A DNA stretch of 38,195 bases from Candidatus Pacearchaeota archaeon (lineage in GTDB: Archaea; Nanobdellota; Nanobdellia; Pacearchaeales; GW2011-AR1): positions 1-38,195 of the forward strand of contig JBJKQQ010000002.1 in NCBI GenBank assembly GCA_046705325.1, read 5' to 3'. The position numbers and the translations under genes are program-made. Positions 7,296-12,675 of the stretch are shown in pieces (the first letter of the stretch is position 1; each line of letters opens with the position of its first letter). The notes below the pieces were generated by a model. It was given only the letters and a program-made list of their open reading frames with translations. It was not told where the DNA came from and searched no databases.

Positions 7296-8540
7296 TTACA
7301 ATTCTTTTGTCTGCTCCAAAATAAACTCGGATTTTATGCCGAGTTCGTTCACTTCTTGGATTACAACGCAGATGTTATGGCAGAGGACTTTAAGCAAAAG
7401 TTCATTATATTGGGCTGTTTTGTTCTTGCTCCTTATCGCTCCGCCGAACTTTGCCTTAATCATGTGGAAAGTCGTTTCTACATTACTGCGGGCGTGATAG
7501 TGTTCAAGAAATTCATCATGCTTGTATAGAAAATAGTGATACATTTTTCCCCACAGACCGAGCGTTCCTCTTTTTCCTGAAACATTTTTCTTGAACGGAA
7601 TGAAAGCAACTCCGCCGACTTCGTCAATTACCTTAAGATTTGCTCGGCTGTTGTATGCTTTATCTCCACTTTGTTCTTTTATTGTGAAGTTCTCGGCTGT
7701 CTTTCTTACGAGTTCGGCAAGTTGCGGGCTGTCGTTTTCAGTTCCTTCCGTAACCTTGACTGAAGTGATGATGTTTGTTTTTGTCCCTGCATTTATGTGG
7801 GCTTTGAGCCAGACTTTATACTTTCGCTCCTTTCCCCATTTGTAATCAAACCAACGAGCATATCTTGAAGTTGAAAATCCCGAACTGTCAACTGCGAAGC
7901 TCGTGTCTGTTTCTTTCAACGGCAACGAGCTTAATGTAATCAGGTTTTCAAGTATCGGCGTCATCTCTGGCTTGTTCATATAATTGCTGACGCTCATATA
8001 AGTCGGCTCGTTCTCAATCAATCCGAACTCTTTGGCTATCTTGACATCGGACATGAACCGCCTTAAAGAAAATGTTGAATAAACTTTGAGAGCCGAATTA
8101 AAAATCATTTCCGAGATTGGAAGATTAGGTCTTCCGAATTTATATTCTGGCTGTTCAACATTATCCGCCAAATCTTTTAACAACCTCATAAAGATTATTT
8201 TCTCATTTGTTTGCGACTTGTCGTATGCTTTCCAATCTTGCTTATAGCTAACCTTTACGCCTTTGGTCTCTATGATTTTTCCTTCTTCGTCTATCTGCCT
8301 TTTTATGTAAAGCTCAACAGCGATTATATGCTTGCATTTCTTATGTCGCAGTTCGCAATCAGGACACGAGCAGACAGGATTTTCATTCCTGAAAATTACT
8401 TTGTATGCTTTGAACGAGGTTTGAGAGCCGACAACCCAAAAGTTATTCTGCTTTCTTATCCTTCCACGCTGAAAGATTAGCTTTCCTTTCTGCTCTCGGT
8501 CAAGATTTCTCAAATCCACCGATTGTATCTTTGTATTCAT
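7296..8540 (-). CDS. DDE transposase (IS4/IS5 superfamily) with an N-terminal SWIM zinc finger
   Basis: SWIM signature CSCPDCELRHKKCKH. Candidate DDE residues lie in FAVDSSGF, SGDKAYNS and NVETTF. An exact Y-x2-R-x3-E-x6-K signature is present (YHARSNVETTFHMIK). Confidence 0.85.
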   Translation of the reverse strand: MNTKIQSVDLRNLDREQKGKLIFQRGRIRKQNNFWVVGSQTSFKAYKVIFRNENPVCSCPDCELRHKKCKHIIAVELYIKRQIDEEGKIIETKGVKVSYKQDWKAYDKSQTNEKIIFMRLLKDLADNVEQPEYKFGRPNLPISEMIFNSALKVYSTFSLRRFMSDVKIAKEFGLIENEPTYMSVSNYMNKPEMTPILENLITLSSLPLKETDTSFAVDSSGFSTSRYARWFDYKWGKERKYKVWLKAHINAGTKTNIITSVKVTEGTENDSPQLAELVRKTAENFTIKEQSGDKAYNSRANLKVIDEVGGVAFIPFKKNVSGKRGTLGLWGKMYHYFLYKHDEFLEHYHARSNVETTFHMIKAKFGGAIRSKNKTAQYNELLLKVLCHNICVVIQEVNELGIKSEFILEQTKEL

Positions 8541-8547
8541 AATATAT

Positions 8548-8633
8548 TTAGATACCTAACCTTTATATACTTTTCGGTATCTAAAAGTATAAGTTGCAGA
8601 ATAGAAATCTTTATAAATAATAGGTATCTAAAA
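8548..8633. promoter_or_regulatory. Divergent promoter region with three copies of the 9-mer GGTATCTAA and two TATA boxes
   Basis: TTAGATACC at 8548-8556 (inverted), and GGTATCTAAAA at 8576-8586 and 8623-8633. TTTATATA (8562-8569) lies about 25 nt from the transposase ATG. TTTATAAATA (8610-8619) lies about 25 nt from the AbrB-like ATG. Confidence 0.55.
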
Positions 8634-8638
8634 AGGAC

Positions 8639-8800
8639 ATGAAATTGCAGAGCCAAATTTCAAGAAAGGTCGGTGAAACTGAATATCTTAAATCTTGGGT
8701 TGTTATACCTAATAAAATTCTTGAACAGCTTAAATGGAAATCGGGTCAGGATTTGGACGGAGAAGTTAAAGATGGCAAGTTGATTGTTAAGAAAAAATGA
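8639..8800 (+). CDS. AbrB/SpoVT-type (MazE-like) small DNA-binding protein, 53 aa, absent from the supplied ORF track
   Basis: Manual translation: MKLQSQISRKVGETEYLKSWVVIPNKILEQLKWKSGQDLDGEVKDGKLIVKKK. It shows the swapped-hairpin pattern v.IPk.i...L.wk.Gd.l...v.dgklivkk. Its stop overlaps the next ATG (ATGA). Confidence 0.65.
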   Translation: MKLQSQISRKVGETEYLKSWVVIPNKILEQLKWKSGQDLDGEVKDGKLIVKKK

Positions 8801-9138
8801 ACAAAAAAATTTATGAAAAATTAAAAGATGTTGCAAGAAGAAAAGACACAATTTCTTATTCACAATTAGCAAGTGATTGTAATTTCCCTTATTCTTCTAT
8901 TGATGAAAGAAATAAGTTTCATGAATTATTGGTGGAGATTTCAAGATTTGAAGTAGCAAATGGAAAGCCAATGTTATCTGTATTAGTTCATCATAAAGGA
9001 GATGTTGAAAGAAAATGTGGAAAAGGATTTTTTGAATTAGCAGATGAACTTAATCAGAGAAAAGAAAATGAAAAAGGAAATGATAAAAAAATGCAATATA
9101 GGATTATTGGAGAAGTTTGGAAAGAATATAACAAGTAA
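8797..9138 (+). CDS. Hypothetical 113-aa protein translationally coupled to the AbrB-like gene; possibly a winged-helix fold
   Basis: The ORF has a 4-nt ATGA overlap with the upstream gene. TISYSQLA...LLVEISRFEVANGKPMLSVLVHHKG is loosely reminiscent of MGMT/ATL-type wHTH but lacks a catalytic Cys motif. T-rich tracts follow the stop. Confidence 0.5.
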   Translation: MNKKIYEKLKDVARRKDTISYSQLASDCNFPYSSIDERNKFHELLVEISRFEVANGKPMLSVLVHHKGDVERKCGKGFFELADELNQRKENEKGNDKKMQYRIIGEVWKEYNK

Positions 9139-9168
9139 TTTTTTTCAGAGACTTTTTTTACAAAAGCC

Positions 9169-9185
9169 ACTTAATTTACAAAGCC
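9169..9185. repeat. Right terminal inverted repeat (17 bp)
   Basis: ACTTAATTTACAAAGCC, the reverse complement of 3836-3852. Confidence 0.85.
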
Positions 9186-9194
9186 TTCGTGATA
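9186..9194. repeat. Right copy of the 9-bp target-site duplication TTCGTGATA
   Basis: Identical to 3827-3835, in direct orientation. Confidence 0.8.
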
Positions 9195-9229
9195 GTAACG
9201 TTTAAAAACTGAAGTTCAGGTGTAATACC

Positions 9230-9427
9230 ATGATAATTCCGGTAAGATGTTTTTCATGCGGCAAGCCGCTCGGCCATTTGTGGGAAGAATACAAGCGCCG
9301 CGTCGCGGAAGGCGAAAAGTCCAGCAAGGTCCTCGACGAGCTGGGCATAGAAAGATTCTGCTGCAGGTCTGTGTTCCTCGGGCAAACGGATTTGATTGAG
9401 CTGGTCGGCAAATTCAAGAAAGCTTAA
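9230..9427 (+). CDS. rpoN: RNA polymerase subunit N (Rpo10)
   Basis: MIIPVRCFSCGKPLG..WEEY......G......LDELGIERFCCR. TATA TTTAAAAA (9201-9208) lies about 25 nt upstream of the ATG. Confidence 0.9.
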   Translation: MIIPVRCFSCGKPLGHLWEEYKRRVAEGEKSSKVLDELGIERFCCRSVFLGQTDLIELVGKFKKA

Positions 9428-9689
9428 GCTTGCTGATTTTATATCTGGATACATAATCGCAATTTCCGCATTCAATTGATTTTATTCCTTTGTTAATTTT
9501 GATTTTTTCTTTTCCTGAATAAGGCATCAAACACTTTTTGCAAAACGATTTTCTTTTTTCGCGAAGCCTGATGTTTGAATTCGCAGCCAGCTTCTTAATT
9601 TTCTTGACTTCTTTCGGAGTTTTGTTTTTTATATCCACAAAAAATTCTTCAATTTGTTTCGCGGCTTCAGACTTTGAAAGTTTTTTCAT
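9414..9689 (-). CDS. rnp4: RNase P protein component 4 (Rpp21/Rpr2 family)
   Basis: 91 aa with a basic helical N-terminus followed by the zinc ribbon FCKKC...ECGNC. It converges on rpoN with a 14-nt overlap. Confidence 0.7.
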   Translation of the reverse strand: MKKLSKSEAAKQIEEFFVDIKNKTPKEVKKIKKLAANSNIRLREKRKSFCKKCLMPYSGKEKIKINKGIKSIECGNCDYVSRYKISKLKLS

Positions 9690-10078
9690 TCAATTAATAC
9701 CTCCAATTCAGGATAGTTCTCCTTGCATCTCTCTGCCAGTAGCCTTCTATGGCATTTCTCTGAGGTTTTTTCAATACAGAGCAATCTTATATCTTTTCCT
9801 GCTGCTGCAAGGGTAAGATTCTCCACTTCTTCTCGTATGGAATCAAGATAATCAAAGTATCTTTTTTCAAACTCTTCCCAAGGAAGATATCTTTTATAAT
9901 AATCTCCAATAAGTTTTAATGGCGGCGCAAAAACATTCCAATGTTCATCGTAAGAAATGCCTTCGGTTATTCTCCTGTCCAGAGTTGTTCCGTCATTCAG
10001 GGTGTGCCTCGACATAATAGAAACCCTCAGAGTATCTTGTTCATTGTAATAAGTCAGAATGCAACCTGTTTTTAGCAT
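9686..10078 (-). CDS. DUF488 family protein
   Basis: HW..FAPPLKL...Y......WEEFEKRYFDYL.......L......K.IRLLCIEK..EKCHRRLLAE is the typical DUF488 pattern. Confidence 0.65.
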   Translation of the reverse strand: MLKTGCILTYYNEQDTLRVSIMSRHTLNDGTTLDRRITEGISYDEHWNVFAPPLKLIGDYYKRYLPWEEFEKRYFDYLDSIREEVENLTLAAAGKDIRLLCIEKTSEKCHRRLLAERCKENYPELEVLIE

Positions 10079-10298
10079 GGGAAATTTAAGAATTCAGATT
10101 TTATAAAATTAAAGAAAATGATAGAAGACAGTTCAATGAGTTCGCGCCTTTTGGGAGCTATAGTCATCGACGCAAAGGGCTTAGCTTCCGGGTTCGGAAA
10201 GAGACCGGGCGTTTCCCCTTTGCTTTGACCGTCTTCAAAAATTACTCAATATCTGGATTTATAAAACTTTTTATAGGGTCAATTTCTTGATATTTCAC

Positions 10299-10382
10299 GC
10301 GGGGGTGCCGGAGTGGTCAAACGGGCAAGATTAAGGCTCTTGTGGGTTAGTCCCTACACAGGTTCGAATCCTGTCTCCCGCA
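10299..10382 (+). tRNA. Class-II tRNA-Leu. The anticodon loop TTAAGGC reads AAG in the canonical register.
   Basis: The cloverleaf folds by hand. Acceptor GCGGGGG/CTCCCGC, anticodon stem CAAGA/TCTTG, long variable arm GGG..CCC, T arm ACAGG-TTCGAAT-CCTGT, discriminator A. TATA-like sequence lies about 29 nt upstream. Confidence 0.8.
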
Positions 10383-10433
10383 TGCATCGACAGGATTCTG
10401 GACCCCGGATCGAAAACATGGAGGAGGTTTTCA

Positions 10434-10454
10434 TTCGAATCCTGTCTCCCGCAT
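10434..10454 (+). repeat. 21-nt direct duplicate of the tRNA-Leu T-loop/acceptor 3' end
   Basis: TTCGAATCCTGTCTCCCGCAT at 10363-10383 recurs exactly at 10434-10454. A T5 run (10454-10458) follows only the second copy. Confidence 0.85.
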
Positions 10455-10566
10455 TTTTCAAGTTTAAGTTAAATCTCTTCAAAGAAAACCGGCCAAAAAG
10501 AGATACGCTTGGTTAGCTTAGATAGTTTAGAGAAAGATATATAAAATTAAGATTCTTCTTAAATTC

Positions 10567-11607
10567 ATGAAAATATTGTTGTCTAGAGAATCAAAGAAAA
10601 AACTACTTAAGTCCTTGCTTGAAAAAAATTTTTGCAGTTCTCTAAAGGAACTTTCAGAGATTCTAAAAATATCCAAGGGAACTTTAAGCGATTGGTTTTA
10701 TTCTGGAAAGAGATATTTGCCTGAAGAGATCATCCCTATACGCTTGAAGAGCAGGTTGCAAATTTTGGATCTCCAAAAAGATAATTGGGGGAAGATTAAG
10801 GGAGGAAAAGAAACTTACAAAATAATCTCCAAAAAATACGGGAAATCTGAAATCAAAAGAAGGCAGTCTCGGGGAGGAAAAGTTTCTGGAGAAAATCGGG
10901 GGAGCCTCGACAAACCTCTAAATCTTGATTTATCAAACAAATATCTTTTGGAATTCTACGGCGCGCTTCTCGGCGATGGCTGGATGGGAATATATAATGC
11001 TAAGAAAAAGCCCATTTATCTCATTGGTATTGCAGGCCATCTGACCCGGGATAAGGATTATCTTCTTTATCTGAGAGAAATAGTAAAAAGGTTTTTTGAC
11101 CGGAAAGGTTATCTGAAAGAAAGACCCCGCTACAATTGTTTAGAATTGCATTGTTATCATAAAAAACTCCTCTCCTTTTTTAATCAAAAATTAAACTTTC
11201 CTGTTGGCAAAAAAATTAATTTAAAGATCAACGATGAAATAGTCGAGTCTGGTTTTGATAAAATGAAATATGTGATAAGAGGAATATTTGATACTGATGG
11301 CTCTTTTTATTTAGACAAAGATCCTGCCGGAATGCCTTATCCTTGCATTTCCTTAACAATGAAATCTCCTCTGCTTTTGGAACAGGTTAGTAAGGTCTTG
11401 TTGAACGAGGGATTCAAAGTGAGTTTCAGGAAAGAGAAATATATGCTAACTCTGAAAGGAAAAAAACAAGTTTCTAAATGGTTAAAATCGATAGGTTTTT
11501 CAAACGAAAAACACCTAAAAAAGATAAGGTCCTGTAACTCAGCCTGGATAGAGTGCCACCCCCCTAAGGTGGAAGTCGTAGGTTCAAATCCTATCAGGGC
11601 CGCTTGA
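10567..11607 (+). CDS. LAGLIDADG homing endonuclease (double-motif) with an N-terminal HTH-like region. The ORF tail reads through tRNA 11528-11602.
   Basis: LAGLIDADG motifs LLEFYGALLGDGWM and VIRGIFDTDGSFY. TATATAAAA (10538-10546) lies about 25 nt upstream of the ATG. There is no in-frame stop before 11605-11607. Confidence 0.8.
   Translation: MKILLSRESKKKLLKSLLEKNFCSSLKELSEILKISKGTLSDWFYSGKRYLPEEIIPIRLKSRLQILDLQKDNWGKIKGGKETYKIISKKYGKSEIKRRQSRGGKVSGENRGSLDKPLNLDLSNKYLLEFYGALLGDGWMGIYNAKKKPIYLIGIAGHLTRDKDYLLYLREIVKRFFDRKGYLKERPRYNCLELHCYHKKLLSFFNQKLNFPVGKKINLKINDEIVESGFDKMKYVIRGIFDTDGSFYLDKDPAGMPYPCISLTMKSPLLLEQVSKVLLNEGFKVSFRKEKYMLTLKGKKQVSKWLKSIGFSNEKHLKKIRSCNSAWIECHPPKVEVVGSNPIRAA
11528..11602 (+). 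tRNA. tRNA, probably Arg(CCU). The anticodon loop is CCCCTAA, with an unusual C at position 33.
   Basis: A 75-nt cloverleaf. Acceptor GGTCCTG/CAGGGCC, D arm ACTC..GAGT, anticodon stem CCACC/GGTGG, T arm GTAGG-TTCAAAT-CCTAT. Confidence 0.7.
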
Positions 11608-11664
11608 TCTCTTATGAATTTCAAACATAAACTTTAAAATATGCCTTCTCAATAAGAATTATAA

Positions 11665-11735
11665 GCGCCGGTGGTTTAATGGTAGAATCTCTGCCTTCCA
11701 AGCAGATGACCCGGGTCCGATTCCCGGCTGGCGCA
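11665..11735 (+). tRNA. tRNA-Gly(UCC)
   Basis: Acceptor GCGCCGG/CTGGCGC, anticodon stem TCTGC/GCAGA with loop CTTCCAA, T arm CCGGG-TCCGATT-CCCGG. TTTAAAATA at 11634-11642 lies about 28 nt upstream. Confidence 0.85.
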
Positions 11736-11745
11736 TTTTGACAAA

Positions 11746-12675
11746 ATGGCAGAATCAGAAGAAAAAACCGAAAAACGTGAAAGAAAGTTCAAAGAGAAAT
11801 TCGCAAGATTCTACCGCAAGAACTACAAAAAATTTCTTTTTGTAACTGCAACGCTAATAGCATTCTGCTTTGTTTTCATAATAATTTTCCACGCGCAAAA
11901 CGGCGACTTCATCCACAAAGATATCTCGCTTGCAGGAGGAACATCCGTAACTATCTATGATTCTTCACTGAACATAAACCAGTTAAAGCAAGACCTTCCG
12001 CAGTATCTTGGAGAGGTTGATGTCCAGTCAATAAAAGATCTTGTGACCCAGGAACAGAAGGCGGTCATAATAGAAACTTCTGCAGATTCGGACAACGCGC
12101 GGCAAATTTTGCAAAATTATCTCGGATACAATCTGACCGAAAAGAACAGCAGTTTCGAGTTTACAACGCCTTCGCTCGGAGGGAGTTTCTACCAGCAATT
12201 GCTTATTGCAATCTTGATAGCCTTCGCATTCATGTCTATAGTCGTTTTCATTCAGTTCCGGACCTTTGTTCCCTCGGCGGCAGTTGTAATCTCCGCTTTC
12301 GCGGATATTTTCATGACACTCATTGTTGTCGATATAATGGGAATGAAACTCTCGACTGCGGGAATCATCGCATTCCTTATGCTTATCGGTTATTCTGTAG
12401 ATACAGATATTTTGCTGACTACAAGAGTGTTGAAACGGGATGAAGGTTCAAACAATGAAAGAATATTCAAGGCATTCAAAACAGGTATTACTATGACCTT
12501 GACTTCGCTGGTTGCGGTTTTGTCCGCGCTGGTAATCACGAGTTCTTTCTCTTCTGTGTTGTCTCAGATTTTCACCGTTTTGGCAATCGGCCTAGGATTT
12601 GATCTGTTCAACACATGGGTTACGAACGCATCTATAATTAAGTGGTACGCTGAAGGCAGGAGGAAAAAGAAATGA
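11746..12675 (+). CDS. secF: Protein-export membrane protein SecF
   Basis: 309 aa. One N-terminal TM segment, a periplasmic-type loop, then five C-terminal TM segments. It lies directly upstream of secD (ATGA overlap), the archaeal secF-secD order. Confidence 0.75.
   Translation: MAESEEKTEKRERKFKEKFARFYRKNYKKFLFVTATLIAFCFVFIIIFHAQNGDFIHKDISLAGGTSVTIYDSSLNINQLKQDLPQYLGEVDVQSIKDLVTQEQKAVIIETSADSDNARQILQNYLGYNLTEKNSSFEFTTPSLGGSFYQQLLIAILIAFAFMSIVVFIQFRTFVPSAAVVISAFADIFMTLIVVDIMGMKLSTAGIIAFLMLIGYSVDTDILLTTRVLKRDEGSNNERIFKAFKTGITMTLTSLVAVLSALVITSSFSSVLSQIFTVLAIGLGFDLFNTWVTNASIIKWYAEGRRKKK

Larger units (their letters stand above)
3836..9185. mobile_element. 5,350-bp cargo transposon with IS5/IS903-like ends. 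It carries an R-M module, a SWIM-DDE transposase and an AbrB-like two-gene cassette.
   Basis: 3836-3852 GGCTTTGTAAATTAAGT is the exact reverse complement of 9169-9185. A 9-bp direct repeat flanks both ends. The interior is visibly AT-richer than the flanks and holds a single transposase gene. Confidence 0.8.

Noticed and set aside
9202-9475. Two minus-strand ORFs (71 and 73 aa)
   Set aside because: They are antisense to the well-supported rpoN gene and show no motifs.
10124-10236. Nested complementary segments in the 220-nt spacer before tRNA-Leu: GAAGAC/GTCTTC at 10124-10129 and 10231-10236, and GCAAAGGG/CCCTTTGC at 10172-10179 and 10216-10223, with a GGTTCGGAA T-loop-like stretch between. 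It was considered as an ncRNA or tRNA relic.
   Set aside because: The interior does not fold into a convincing cloverleaf or known motif by hand. It could be chance or a degraded tRNA fragment, and an Rfam/Infernal scan is needed.
10313-10516. A 67-aa ORF
   Set aside because: It is composed of the tRNA-Leu gene, its duplicated 3' end and the spacer, so it is not coding.
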